Source: Azolla caroliniana
Lineage: Eukaryota > Plantae > Polypodiophyta
DNA: 64,000 nt
Assembly (NCBI GenBank): GCA_043228905.1
Contig: JBHGNT010000014.1
Location: 7,812,001-7,876,000 of the forward strand
Direction of reading: 5' to 3'
The notes beneath the pieces were generated by a model. The model ran no database searches, was not told where the DNA came from, and saw nothing but the letters and a program-made list of their open reading frames with translations. Made by a program: the position numbers and the translations under genes. Position 1 is the first letter of the stretch, and each line of letters begins with the position of its first letter. Positions 37,663 to 51,280 of this stretch are shown here, in pieces.

Positions 37663-40600
37663 TACGGATGGAGACCACAGTCCTCGACAATGGTTCTGCC
37701 TATGCGAAAATCCGTAGCCAAGATGGACGACGAACTGTACAATTTATGACAGTTCGCCCAAATCATGAGAGGAACAAGGAAGAGCTTCATGATCATTCAA
37801 TACCAAAAGACTGTGATGATTTTGATAATCAGGTTTTTGACTAGGACTGTTGCGAGTGAGGGTCGCAATAGTCCCATTATTAAAAGACCCCCATATAGGG
37901 CATTACAACATATGAATAAGTCATTTCATGTTTCTAAAAGTGGTGCTATATGTGTGACTAGGATGTATGAATGCAAGAGGAACTTGAAAAAGAATGTTAA
38001 TATGTTTTAGCAGGCATTGAAGGATAATGGAGTACTTGAAATGGAAGAGCAGATTGAAAGTGTTATGGAAGAAATTTCTTTTGCAAATACTTTAGAAGAG
38101 TTAGAAATGTATTTGAAAGAAGATGATGAGAATGTTAGAAAGATACATGTAAACTCAATTGATATGTATTATGAAATTGATAAGTATACTTGTAAATATG
38201 AAGAAGTAGAAGGTTTATGTAACACAAAATATAAAACAATAGATAAAAAGATTAAACATGTTGCAGTACCATTACCTATTGGTTGTGAAGAGAAGATGAA
38301 GGCAGCATCAACTAAGCCTATGCTTCAACCAACAGAGAAGATTGGACATCGCTTCACTTCGGATACAATAAATAACTTAAGAGTCGGAGGGGGTGAATTT
38401 CTTCTACAATCGGAGATCACGACTTTCAAAGACATGATCTTTAGGCATGGGAAAGCGTTCGCATTCAAAGCCGAGGAGATTGGTTGTGTAGATCCAAAGG
38501 TGGTAACGCCAATGGTAATATTTACTATCCCTCATATTCCTTGGAATTTTAAACCTATTGCAATACCGAGAGCTCGATTACCTCAATTGTTGGAGCTGTT
38601 GAAGGATAACAGGATGAGACTATGGTTGGAAATGGTTGCAGAAAGTTTGTGATAGATCACATTAATGATTGTGAAAGTATTTTAAATAAGCTTGAGTAGG
38701 TACATTTGACACTATCAGGAACAAAGTCTAGCTTTGGGCAAAATGAAGTTCTAATAGTTGGTCATATGTGTGGGTGGTATGGGAGGAAGCCTACACTGAT
38801 CAAAATTAACGCAATACAAAATATGAAGGAAGTTTGCGACTCGGTAACAGAGGTGAGAAGATTTTTGGGTGCATGTGTGTTTTATCATATTTGGTTACCA
38901 CACTTTGCACATGTCTCAGATCCTCTCTACCAACTTTTAAGAAAAGGGAAGAAGTTTATTTGGACTAATGAACATACACAAGTTGTTCAACAGCTGAAAG
39001 AAGCATTATTGAAAGCTCCAGTTCTTCGTCAACCAGACTACAAAGGTGAAAAACCAATTATAGTGACAATCGATACTAGCCCAATTGGGATCGGCTAGGT
39101 TATCAACCAAGAAGATGAAGACCAACATCGATATGCTATCAAGTTTGGAGCAAAGATATTAAATGATAGACAAAGAAATTATGCACAAGTTAAACGAGAA
39201 TTGTGGGGTTTGCTTACTGCATTAAAAACAGATAGAGATTACTTGATCGGAGCAAAACCTAGTGGTTGAAATAGATTGTTTGCCACTCATCAGAATGGTA
39301 GCAAGTTGCACGACACCAGATATTGCAATGCTTCGGTGGATTGCATACATCAAAACCATGAACCCAGAATTGCGGCATATAAAGGGAAAAGACAACCCAG
39401 TTGCAGATATGTTGTCAAGGGCAAGGTTCATAAATGAAAAGGTGATGCAAACTGAAGATAAGAATTGGGAAACTACAAGCCATCGAGTTGCTCATCAAAT
39501 ATCTAGTAAGCCTCATGCCGAGTTTAATGTAAGCATAATGTTCAAAGACACCGAATATGAAGGTCAATGGTTAGAAATAGGAAACTTTTTAAAGACACAA
39601 GAAGCCAACCCATCATGGTCAAAGAAACAATTAAATGAATTTCGACGAAGGGCATTCAAGTTTTTTTTACATGAAGGGCATTTATGGAGGCACCCAAAAA
39701 GGCCAACCGAAAATCCTCTTCGAGTCATTTGTAAGGATGATATTAAGAGAAAGTTAGTTACTGAATTCCATGATAGTTTGTGGGTAGGACATAGAGGCAT
39801 ATGGGCAACATTTATGAAGTTGAAAGAAAAGTATTGGTGGCCACATATGTATAAAGATGTAATGAAATTTGTGGAAACCTGTGAAATCTGTCAAAGGTAT
39901 TCAACTATTCGATATCGAGATGAGCTAAAACCAACATATTCATCATCAATGCATTATAAATGGATGGTTGATCTAGTGACAATGCCACTTGGGCAAGGTC
40001 AAATGCGATATTTAGTACTAGCAAGAGAAGACCTTACAAACCAAGTAGAAGGAAGACCACTATGCCAAAAAACAACTAGAGTTGTATGTAAATTTTTGTT
40101 AGACGATGTAATATGTTGTTATGGGTGTGTTGGTAAAATAATTGCAAATAGAGGAGAACTTGACTCTGATGAAAGTAGAGAATTCTTCAGCCGGATAGGG
40201 GTCAAATTATTGCTTACAACTGCGTATAATCCAGAAGCCAATGGAAAGATTGAAAGAGGACATAGCCCAATAGTTAAGGTGATCATGAAAAGTTGTGAAG
40301 GTAAAATAAGAGATTGGCCACACATGCTACATTATACACTATGGGCAAATCGAACAACACATAGTTCAGTAATAGGATATATGCCAACTAAATTGATACT
40401 TGGCCAAAAGCCCATCATGCCAATAGAAGGATCAATTATGTCATGGACATCTATTCCATGGAAAGAAGAGCTAAGCAGAGAAGAATTGTTGGCTTTGCGA
40501 ATTCAACAATTAGAGCGTCGGCCTGAAGATGTCGAATTAGCAGCTCAACAATTGAAGGAGGCTCGATTGAAGAATAAAATTCGTTTTGATAAAACTCACA

Positions 40601-40869
40601 GAATTCGACATAAGAAGATAGAAGAAGGGGATTGGGTGCTTGTGTATGATAGCAGTTTAGATAATCAACATAGCATCGTCCGCAAGTTCGCTGAAAGATG
40701 GTTTGGGCCTTACATAGTAAGAAAAGTATATGATAACTTTACTTATAAGCTTAGTGAATTGGATGGGACACTAATCCTAAATGTGGTAGCTAGAAAGAGG
40801 ATAAAAGTATTTAAGAAAAGGTTTGAGCTTGAACCTCCTCCAATAGATCAACATGAAGATGAAAGATAG
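37663..40869 (+). pseudogene. Protease end and pol of A, with the RT core deleted near 38610
   Basis: ORFs 38017-38652, 38706-39098 and 39262-40869. The sequence jumps from LLELLKD to the region after the FLDD motif. Confidence 0.85.
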
Positions 40870-41317
40870 TGGCACATGCCGGAGGATGTGCAGGTCTAGA
40901 GGGGGTGGATGTCGTGAAGTACGAAAGCTTCACATTAAAAGTCTACAATAAGATAAATATGTAACTAAAATAAAATTTGATAATGTTTTATATATAAAGA
41001 TAATATTAACACATATGATAATATTATATATATGTAAAGAAAAATAATATATATATATATATAGATAAATATATTATATTACACGAACAAGAGAGGACTT
41101 GAACCAATAACCCCACCCTATGACTTTCAAATCTTACCATAATTTACTCTATACTAATAATATATATAAGATAAAGGATTTGCTTCATGATATAAAAAAC
41201 AACGTTACATGTTGTATTCAATAATATTTGAGAGACTCGAACCCACAACCTCATATACCAAAGTCAACACACCTACCATTAGGCTAGGTCTTTTGTTTTT
41301 TAAACTATATTTTCATG

Positions 41318-44300
41318 TGTTAAATGACTTGAATTATTTTTTGTGGTTTATGAAAAGCCACGTCTCTCAACTACATGAAGTATATATAAAGGTCCATGCA
41401 AAAGTTAGTGTAGTAAGGGCTATATATAAAGGTCCATGCATGCATCCTTATCATGCAAAAGTTAGTAAAGTGAGGGCTATATATAGAGGTCCATGCATGC
41501 ATCATTATCATGGAAAAGTTAGTGAAGTGAGGGCTATAAATATATGCAACCTTAGTCATTTGATAAGTGACCACCAAGAGTTGTAGGCTTGTGAGATTTG
41601 AGAGAATTAGAGAGTTGGGAACACCATTTTAGAGAGAAAAATCTTTAGAGAGAATTGTGAGGTTATTCTCTTGGGTGTTGGGTTTAATTAAAGAACAATT
41701 TCTCTAATTGTTGTAAACTCTCTCTTACATTTTCTTATAGTGGAATCACTCTCCTTTCCGTGGACGTAGGCTAATTTAGCCGAACCACGTAAATACTCGT
41801 GTCATTTATTTCTCCGCTCCTATATTATCATATTATTGTCTTCTATTTAATCTAATGTACTATTTGATCCGAGTGTCACCTTAACAAGTTGGTATCAGAG
41901 CCCTGGTTGTTAGTACATTAGTTTTGGTATTTTCTTGTTAAGTCAAGATGTCGACAACAAAATTTGATGTCGAGAAGTTCGATCGAAAAATCAACTTCTC
42001 TCTTTGGCAAGTAAGGATGCGCGCGATCCTTGTGCAGAACGGAGTTCAGAAGGCTTTAGATGTAAGGCCCGATGGTATGACGAACACTAGGTGGGAAGAT
42101 ATAGACGAGAAGGCCCGATCAGCGATTCAACTGTCTTTGGCAAATGAAGTTTTGCGGGAGGTAATCTCTTAGAAGACAGCGAAGGCACTATGGGAAAAAT
42201 TGGAGTCTCTCTATCTGAAAAAGACTCTGACGAACAAGGTTTATAAGAAACAATGCTTGTATTCACTACGGATGAGTGAAGGTATATCTCTCAATTCTCA
42301 TATTGATGAATTTGAATCTATTATCATGGATTTACAAAATCTCGATGTTACTATTGATGATGAAGATAAAGCATTGTTGTTGTTGTGTTCGTTACCCCAT
42401 TCATATAGACATTTTAGAGAAACTATGTTGTATGGGAAAAATACTATTTCTCTAAAAGATGTTAAATTTTCTTTGGAAACTAAAGAAAAGATTGATCATG
42501 ATATCACTGGACAAACTAGTGATAGTTAGGCACAGGGTTTATATGTAAGGGGTAGATCTAAACAAAAAGGGAACAATTGAGATAGGCCTAAATCTAGATC
42601 TAAATCCAGAAGTAGATCTGTTGTGTGTTGGCACTGTAAAGAACCAGGGCACGTTCGCAAGAATTGTGATAAGTTGCATAGAAAAAAGAATACTCCACAA
42701 GATAGAAATGAGGATGCAAGTAAGGCTATTGTTTTTGAAGTGGGAGGCGATGTTGATGTGCTCCTTGTGACGGAAAAGTCAATCAAGCTGAATGATGAGT
42801 GGATTATGGATACTGGTTGTTCTTATCATATGTGTCCCAATCAGAACTGGTTTTCATCATACAAGTCTATTGATGGAGGAGTAGTTTTGATGGGGAATAA
42901 TGCTCCATCCAAAACTATTTGAATAGGAACAGTACGGATCCGGATGGCGGATGGGATTGTCAGAACATTGACTAATGTCAGGCATGTTCCTGATCTGAAG
43001 AAGAATCTCATCTCATTGGGCACCCTTGACGCCAACGGGTGCAAGTTCTCAGCTGAAGGTGGTGTATTAAAAGTTAGCAAAGGTGTGTTGGTTGTGATGA
43101 AGACTAGAAAAGTAGGAAGCTTGTACGTATTACATGGCTCGACAGTGACAGCTTCTGTAGCAATTTCTTCATCGTCTATGTCAGATTCTGATGTTACGAA
43201 GTTATGGCACATGAGGCTCGGGCATATGAGCGAGAAAGGTTTAACCTTGTTGAGCAAACGAGGACTACTTTATGACCAAAGCACAAGAAAGATGGGTTTT
43301 TGTGAGCACTGTGTATTCAGAAAGCAGAAGAGACTCAGCTTTGGCACTGGAATCCATAAGACTAGAGGTTCTTTGGATTATATTCACTCTGATCTATGGG
43401 GACCAGCACCGGTTCCATCGAAAGGAGGAACTCGATATCTTTTGACTTTTATTGATGATTTTTCAAGAAAAGTCTGGGTTTATTTTCTTAAACACAAAAG
43501 TGATGTGTTTGATACTTTCAAGAAGTGGAAAATTCTGATCGAGAAGCAGACGGGAAAGTAGATTAGAACACTTCAAACTGATAATGGTTTGGAATTTTGC
43601 GGAGGAGATTTTAACAAGTTTTGCGAGGCTGAAGAAATTTCCAGACATCGCATAGTAGTTAAAACACCGTAGCAAAATGACGTAGCTGAGCGTATGAACA
43701 AAACTCTTTTGGAGAGGACTCGTTGTATGCTTTCCAATGTTGGGTTGTCCAAACACTTTTGGGCTGAAGCAGTTTCCACATCATGTTTCCTAGTGAATTA
43801 TTCACCGTCAATGGCAATTGATTTTAAAACTCCTGAAGAGGTATGGTCCGGTAAACCTGCTAATTATTCAAATTTGAGAATATTTGGATGTCCTACTTAT
43901 ATGCATGTTAGTGAAGGAAAATTGGAGCTTCAAGCTAGAAAATGTATTTTTCTTGGTTATGCTTCTGGGGTGAAAGGATATAGGTTGTGGTTTCCTGATA
44001 CTAAGTCACCTAAATTCGTCATTAGTAGAGATGTTACTTTTGATGAATCTGCTCTACTAAATCCTCGAAAGGAGCCTGTGTTTTCTTCTTATACATATAA
44101 GACAAGAAGTACATCAAAGTGGGTGGAGCTTGAAGTTCCAAGTCCACCAGTGATGGCTGAAACACCTGCTCCTGAATTTGTAGAAGAGGAGCCTCATGTC
44201 GTAGAAGAAGCACCTCCTGAGGAAGAACGAAGTATCGCAAGAGATAGACCAAGAAGAGAAATTAGACCACCATAGAGATATGCTGATATTGTTGCATATG

Positions 44301-44727
44301 CTTTATCAGTTGGAGAAGAAACAAATTCTATTGGCGAGCCAGCTTCTTACTCTGAAGCCGTTTCTTTTGTTGATTCCACCAAGTGGTTGTTTTCTATGCA
44401 AGAAGAAATTGAGTCTCTTTATAAAAACGAAACTTGGGTACTTGTGAAGCCACCAGCTAGACAAAGGATTGTTGGTTGTAAATGGATCTTCAAAATAAAG
44501 GCAGGAATTCCTGGAGTGGAGAAAGCAAGGTACAGGGCACGGTTAGTAGCTAAAGGCTACAGTCAGGTACCATGTGTTGATTTTAATGATATTTTCTCAC
44601 CTGTTGTGAAACATAGTTCTATTCATGTCTTGCTTGCATTAGTTGCTATGCATGATTTGGAGTTAGAACAACTTGATGTAAAAACTGCATTTTTGCATGG
44701 TGAACTTGAAGAAGACATTTACATGAA
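41318..44727 (+). mobile_element. Ty1/Copia element (Tnt1/Tork-like), 3'-truncated, inside the 3' LTR of A
   Basis: LTR 41318-41886, PBS TGGTATCAGAGC (iMet) at 41890. gag [50 protein letters not shown]. Confidence 0.92.
41380..41545 (+). repeat. About 3 tandem ~48-bp enhancer-like repeats in the Copia LTR
   Basis: GGGCTATATATARAGGTCCATGCATGCATC...AAAAGTTAGT is repeated. Confidence 0.7.
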
Positions 44728-45554
44728 AGCTCAAATGAGTGAGATGCCTATCATGCATCACATGCATTTCATGCACTACATGCATGACTTGTACCCTCCA
44801 ATGCATCATATGCATGGGGGCACCTATTTAAATGGGGAAAGAGAATATCAAAGGGGGAGGGGTATGAGATATCAATCAAATATATATTACATAAGACATA
44901 CCATAAAATAGAAAAAGAAAGGAAGAAGTTCAACATAAAGGTGGAGCTCTAGCTTGGCGATCGTGGTGGTCAACTCGCAACAAGAGGGAGGCGGTTCGAG
45001 CCTTATCTTCATCAAAATATCGAAGTGAAGATTGTTGTGGCCTACTATCAAGAAAGAGAAGAGCGATTATCTTGTGAGACCAAGTTCGAAGGATCAACGA
45101 CGCTTACAACCACTTTTGTAACTCTTTCATCAAATAATTATAAATCTCTTTTATTCCTTCAAATATCATTCAATATCCTATCTTGTCATATCTTGTTGAT
45201 CTCTATTTACTCTATCTCTACTCTTTCATCTCTTCCGTCCATAATCCCAGTGATTCCTTCCTCACTTTCACGATATCTTTTGTCTACGCAACGCTACGCT
45301 TCTAGGCAAGCCATGCCACGACAGCGTGCAACAACTTGAAGCAACCATTGTAACGTTGCAACAAGGACCAAGTACTCAAGGGATTCATAAAGAACCCAAG
45401 ATCGGCCTTCCTATGAAATTTGATGGAACGTTCAAAGGATTCCTTAATTAGGTACGATTAGTCATTCAAATGCATCCTTCCCGATATTCCACTGATGCAT
45501 CACGAGTGGGTCTAGTAGGCACGTTGCTAAGAGTGTCAACTTTGGCATGGTTCA

Positions 45555-46076
45555 TGTTGGGATGGTCAGACCAACTGCCTGCCCGCAAGGGACAAACTAA
45601 ATCCTCAAGTCGGGTGGGATGACACTACTGGCAAATACTGTCTGGCAAAGACGCAGGCACGAAGCATGGTAGGCCCGCTAGTGTTTTTTTTGCTTGCCGA
45701 AAGCATACAAGAAAAGCCGGGTATATACGAGAACCGACTCCTTGTTGTTTTTGCAACCATAGGAACTTCCATGAATGCAGGAGACTGCCCTAGGTATAAA
45801 GCACCGAGGAAAAGAAATAGATTGGATAAGACGTGCCCATAGTCATAAATAGCTTAGAAAGATTATAGACTGAATTGCACAAGGACATCGCAACTCTTTA
45901 AAATAACAATGAAGAGTTGTTCCCACAGGTGCTCCTCAATCTGTCGTAGAATACACTACCCGATCTTTCGGGTGGCCTAGAAATCCTGAAAGATCTAGAA
46001 GTCTCTTCGGTTGTGGAACTGATTATTGGATTTTAGGATTTCTTCATTCCGATTGTATTTGCAATAGGATTCATCT
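45555..46076 (+). mobile_element. Probable solo LTR inserted in the X gag
   Basis: Starts TGTTGG, TATAAA at ~45795, flanks TTCA/TTCG. Removal restores LAWF/APLFEKESPLL. The 3' CA is not intact. Confidence 0.55.
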
Positions 46077-46737
46077 TTCGCTCTGTTGTTCGAAAAGGAA
46101 TCTCCATTACTAAATAATTGAGCAGTTTATAAGCGAGTTTAAAGTCTGTTTTGGAGATACTGATAGCATAAAGACGACAATCAACAAAATCCAACGATTA
46201 CGTCAAGGTGATCGTCCATCCTCCACTTACGTTGCAGATTTCCGTCTACTCGCCTCTGATATCCCCTAGGATGATCAAGCATTGATGGAGTAATTTCGAT
46301 AGAGCCTACAAAATGATGTCAAAGACATACTCCTGACTTTCTCTGAAGAACCAAAATCTCTCACAAAGGTAATCAGTCAAGCGGTACGATGTGATAACCG
46401 ACTTTTCGAACAACGTTTGGAACGCCCGTTAAAAATGCCAAGGACCAGGTTGGAGCCCACATACGCCTCAGTTGCAGCAAAACCATTTGCAAGGAAGTCA
46501 TACAATGCATCTCCAACAAATACTCCAACACCGATGGAAATCGACACCACACATCGCCGTGGACCATTGTCGGAAGAAGAAAATCAATTACGCCGAGCAA
46601 ATCGATTATGTCTTTATTGTGGAGGACTAGGGCATATCGCAGTAAATTGTGCACATAGGCCAAGAAGGCAGGTAAATTAAATAGTAACTTGTACTAAACC
46701 CGAGTCTATTTCATTAAGAGTGTTTGATAGTCCTAAT

Positions 46738-47713
46738 CATAGATTGACATATTCGCATTCGTGGGGCCTGCCCCACAAATCCATACGAATAGGAATACGA
46801 ATGCATGTAAATGTATTCGTTTTCTTCTTTTTTCTTTTTTCTTTTTTAAAAATAAAAAATAAAAAACTGTTTTTTCTGTGAGCAAGTGAACGAACAGCGA
46901 GCAGCGAGTGAGGAGGCCTCACCCTACTCCCTCCCTATGTGTGTTTCCCTCGCTTCCCTCTGCATATTGTTCTTGGCCAGAAAATTAGGGTTTCGGCTGA
47001 AAACCCTAATCTATGTCATAGTTCTAATTTCGACAATCTTTCTTTCTTTTGAGCCCGCGTCCGTGACTCCCTCTCATGCTCTATTCTAATCCTACATCCT
47101 GTTCTCAGCTCCAAACTCAAGCTTTCACTAAAACCCTAAGTTTAGTAGAAGCCCTAATTAATTAACTAATATTTTTCAATTAATTAATTAATTTTTTAAT
47201 GAATTAAGATATGTATACAATATTAGTAAATTAATTAATGTATTAGTGAGTCAATTAATTTTTAAGTGAATTAATTAATTATGATATTAGTGAATCAATT
47301 AATGTTTAAGTGAATTAATTAATTATGATATTAGTGAATTAATTAATTATGATATTAGTGAATCATTTAATGTTTTAAGTGAATTAATTAATTATGATAT
47401 TAGTGAATCAATTAATGTTTAAGTGAATTAATTAATTATGATATTAGTGAGTTAATTAATTATTGATGTATGTGTGTATATACATATATGAGTGATATAT
47501 GTGTGTATATGTATATATCATATATGTATGTATGTATGTATATGTATATATCATATATGTATGTATGTATATGTATGTATCATATATGTATGTGTGTACA
47601 TGTATATGTAAACGAATGGTTTTATAATATTCTTGGGGCCATTTTATATTCTTGAATATCGCGAATATTACGAATGTTGAATACCACGAATATTACGCAT
47701 GGGTCAATCTATG
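46738..47713. mobile_element. Non-autonomous TIR DNA transposon with an 8-bp TSD (hAT-like, or P-like termini)
   Basis: Perfect 11-bp TIR CATAGATTGAC/GTCAATCTATG. TSD GTCCTAAT (46730-46737 and 47714-47721). Subterminal TATTCG/CGAATA motifs. Confidence 0.9.
47150..47610. repeat. AT-rich minisatellite (GTGAATTAATTAATTATGATATTA) and TATG/TA microsatellite inside the TIR element
   Basis: Direct inspection. Confidence 0.85.
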
Positions 47714-47836
47714 GTCCTAATAGTACTAATAACCCAAGTTTATCGAACAAATTTGAAGTCCTTAGTCAATTAGAAGAAGAGTTAAATGACTAAGTCTAGC
47801 CAAAATAGGAGTTGTTTGGTTGGACAGTTCTAGACT

Positions 47837-50800
47837 GTGCAACCCATTAGTGGTTCCATTCTCTGTAAACAAGTTAGCAATGTGTTCTTAGCTCAAGTAA
47901 CAATTAGTACTAAAAGTACCCCTCTAGTACATGTCTTAACACTCTTAGATTCCGGAGCCAATTCTTGCTTCATGGATAGGAATTTTGCCCAAGGCCATCA
48001 AATATCCTTGAGAAAACTTTCTTGCCCAGCATCTGTAGTAGTCATTGATGGTCGTCCCATTGCTTCCGGAAATATCGTAGAAGAGTTAGAGTCAATTCAG
48101 GTTGTCCTAGATAATTTGGTGTGTGTAGTATTATTATTTAATATAATTAATAGTCCAGAGTATCCAATTGTCATGGGGTTACCATGGTTCGAATTACATA
48201 ACCCAGAAATAGATTGGAGAACAAGAGAAATCTTGTATCAACAAACCCAAGGATCTACTCATAGAATTTCAACCATTTCGCTGCATCAATTGCGTGAGGA
48301 AGGACGCAAGAAATCAATGTTTGTCTTCGTGGTATCAGTAAAACCTTCCACCACCACTAAAGAGGAATCCATAGTTCAACTTCCAGAGAAGTATCGTCAT
48401 TATGCCAACATGTTTGATAAGGTACAAGCTAGTACTCTTCCTCACCATTGACCGTATGATTGTCCCATTGATTTACAACCAGGAAAAGAGCCACCATGGG
48501 GACCGATCTAAAACTTATCACCAACCGAGCTAGAAGTCCTTCGAGCCTACATAGAGGAGAATTTGGCAAACGGGTTCATTCGACATTCAAAATCTCCAGC
48601 CAGCGCACCCATTTTCTTTGTCAAGAAAAAGGATGGATCACTTCGTCTCGTCATGGATTACCGTGGCTTGAATAAGGTCACCATCAGGAATAGGTATGCA
48701 CTTCCCCTTATCTCGAGTCTTTTAGAACAAATTAATGGTGCAAAATTCTTCACAAAGATCGACTTATGAGGAGCATATAACCTAGTATGCATCCGATCAA
48801 GAGATGAATGGAATACCGTGTTTCACACCCGATATGGACACTTCGAGTATACAATTGTGCCATTTAGTCTCATCAATGCGCCAGAGGTCTTCCAACACAT
48901 GGCAAATGATATATTCCGAGATCTCTTAGATATCTATTTGATCATCTATTTGGATGATCTACTAGTTTATTTGAAGACTCAAGAAGAGCATGATTCTCAT
49001 GTACTTAGTACTAAAACTTCACAAATTTCTACTGCAAGTTTATACAGGATTACTCAAAGCTTATTTTGCCTCTCACATAGCTTAATAAGAAGGGGTAGAC
49101 ATTTGTTTGGTCTAAGGAAGTGGACATGGCTTTTATGAGTCTTAAGAAAGCATTTACATCGGCTCTTATTCTAGCACATGTTGATCCGAAAAAATCATTC
49201 ATCATCGAGGTAGACGCGTCGGATTTCGCCCTTGGTAGTATTCTGTCCCAACAAGGCGATGATGAAAAGCTACAACTTGTGGCTTTCCACTTGCGCAAGT
49301 TTGACACCGCCGAAATCAACTACGAAATACATGACAATGAGCTATTAGCAATAGTAAACTCTTTTACACAATGGAGGCATTTTTTAGAGGAATCTTCTCA
49401 TCAAGTCACTGTATTTAGTGATCACAAAAATCTTGCTTACTTCTAGAATGCTCATGTATTAAATCGATGTCAAGCTCAGTGGACCCAATCCTCACTTGTT
49501 TCGACATCAAAATTACATATCGTCCTAGGAAGCAACAAAGGAAGGAAGATGCGTTATCGCGGCACTCGTATCTAGCACCTCGTCTCGGTGATCCAGCATT
49601 CGATAACCAAAAGCAAGTAATCCTAGAACCAGAACAACTGCAAGCAATGTGGGTTTTCGACACGCCATTGGATTCCCATATCATTGATACCATATGTGAA
49701 GACTTGAAGACAGATTCTTTCGCTCAAGCCATTCTAGCGCAAATTGATCCCTCTCGGGCATCTTGTTCACAGTCACAACAACCAGGTACGACCTATCGAC
49801 AATTCGAATGTCATGATGGATTACTATTCTTTAAGAAACTCGTGTATGTTCCTAATGGTTCTTGTCACCTTCGAGTAGTCCAAAATTGTCATGACACATA
49901 TACAGTTGGGCATTTTGGTAGTACTAAAATGTTGGATTTAGTATAATGATCATTCTGGTGGCCTCATATGCGACGATTTGTTGAAGACTATGTTCGGACA
50001 TGTGATACATGTTGCAAAGCAAAGATGCCAAGACATCATCCATATGGTTTATTGGAACCATTACCAATTCCAAGCAAGACTTGACAATCCATTTCTCTAA
50101 ATTTCATCACAAATCTTCCATTTTCAAAGGGATTGGATGTGATCTTAACAGTAGTAGATCGATATACTAAGATGGCATACTTCTTGCCTTGTACTAAGGA
50201 AATCACTAGTGAAGAAACTGCCAAAATCATCATGTGTGAGGTATTTCGGCATCATGGCCTCCCAGATAGTATCATCAATGACCGTGGACCCCAATTCGTC
50301 TCGAAATTCTGGAAGCATCTCTTCAAAATGCTCAAGGTCACTTGTAACCTCTCTTCCGGCTATCACCCTCAAACAGACGAATAAGTAGAACGAACAAATC
50401 AAATGTTGAAATAGTATCTTCGGTTTTTTCTAAGTTATCAACAAGATGATTGGGCGGATATTCTCCACTTTGCCGAATTTGCGTATAATAACTCTATTCA
50501 CTCATCGACTAGGGTTACACCATTTTATGCTTATATAGGCTATCATCCTCGGTGGAGTGTATTCAAAACTCCGGAATTATCCACAAATACTCGTGCAGAG
50601 GATCATTTGGAGCAACTACGCAAGATACAGGTAGACTTATCTACTCATTTACATCAAGCTCAACAAACACAGAAGGATTATGCGGATCATCATCAACTTC
50701 TATCCAGTTTTAACATTGGAGATCAGGTATGGCTATTACGACGACACATCAAGACCACTCGCTCATGCGATAAATTGGATTATCGATGATTAGGTCCTTT

Positions 50801-51180
50801 CTGTATTATCGGAAAAATTAATGATGTCACTTTTCGTCTCGATCTACCTCCACAACTACAGGTACATCCGGTTTTTCATAATTCTCTTCTCAAACCTTAT
50901 CAAGACAACACTATTCTAAATCGTATTACACCACCTCCACCCCCGATCAAGCTTGAAGCAGGACCGGAGTACGAAGTTGCTACCATCCTCGATTCCAAGA
51001 TTGTTCGCAACAAGCTCTACTATTTTATTGATTGGCTAGGCTATAGTCCAAGTGAGCATACTTGGGAACCAATCGAGAATGTAGCAAATGCTCGAACTCT
51101 TATTGAGGACTTCCATCGACAATACCCCGACAAACCAGGTTCTCAATCTAAGACGACTCGTAATACTTGTCGTGTTAAGG
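47837..51180 (+). pseudogene. pol of X: PR-RT-RH-INT-chromodomain
   Basis: LLDSGANS, YLDDLL, VDASDFA and DRGPQF. Chromodomain EYEVATILDSK...YFIDWLGYSPSEHTWEPIENV at 50967-51137. Confidence 0.9.
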
Positions 51181-51214
51181 GGGGGTAGTGTCATGATATA
51201 GCATGGTATGGCTT

Positions 51215-51280
51215 TAAAAAAATTTGAACCCATGACCTTGTGGCACATGTGTTGAAGCCCTACCATTAAGCTATACATTG
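51215..51280 (-). promoter_or_regulatory. tRNA-like cassette in the X 3' LTR U3 (TAGCTTAATGG ... GGTTCAAAT followed by a T-run)
   Basis: A-box reverse complement at 51263-51273, B-box reverse complement at 51221-51230. Confidence 0.6.

Larger units (their letters stand above)
1215..45323 (+). mobile_element. Element A: Gypsy, tRNA-Trp primed. LTRs 1215-2252 and 40910-45323 (3' LTR split by a Copia)
   Basis: Matching LTRs TGTYGTG...CACGACA. 4-bp TSD GCGT (1211-1214 and 45324-45327). PBS TGGTGGACCCGACATGA at 2258-2274. PPT 40898-40909. Confidence 0.92.
45328..47793 (+). pseudogene. Remainder of the X gag, interrupted by two insertions
   Basis: EPKIGLPMKFDG, LRQG, PTPMEID and CLYCGGLGHIAVNC. 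Confidence 0.8.

Noticed and set aside
47240-47465. CRISPR-like repeat array
   Set aside because: AT-rich tandem minisatellite with no unique spacers, no cas genes and a eukaryotic context.
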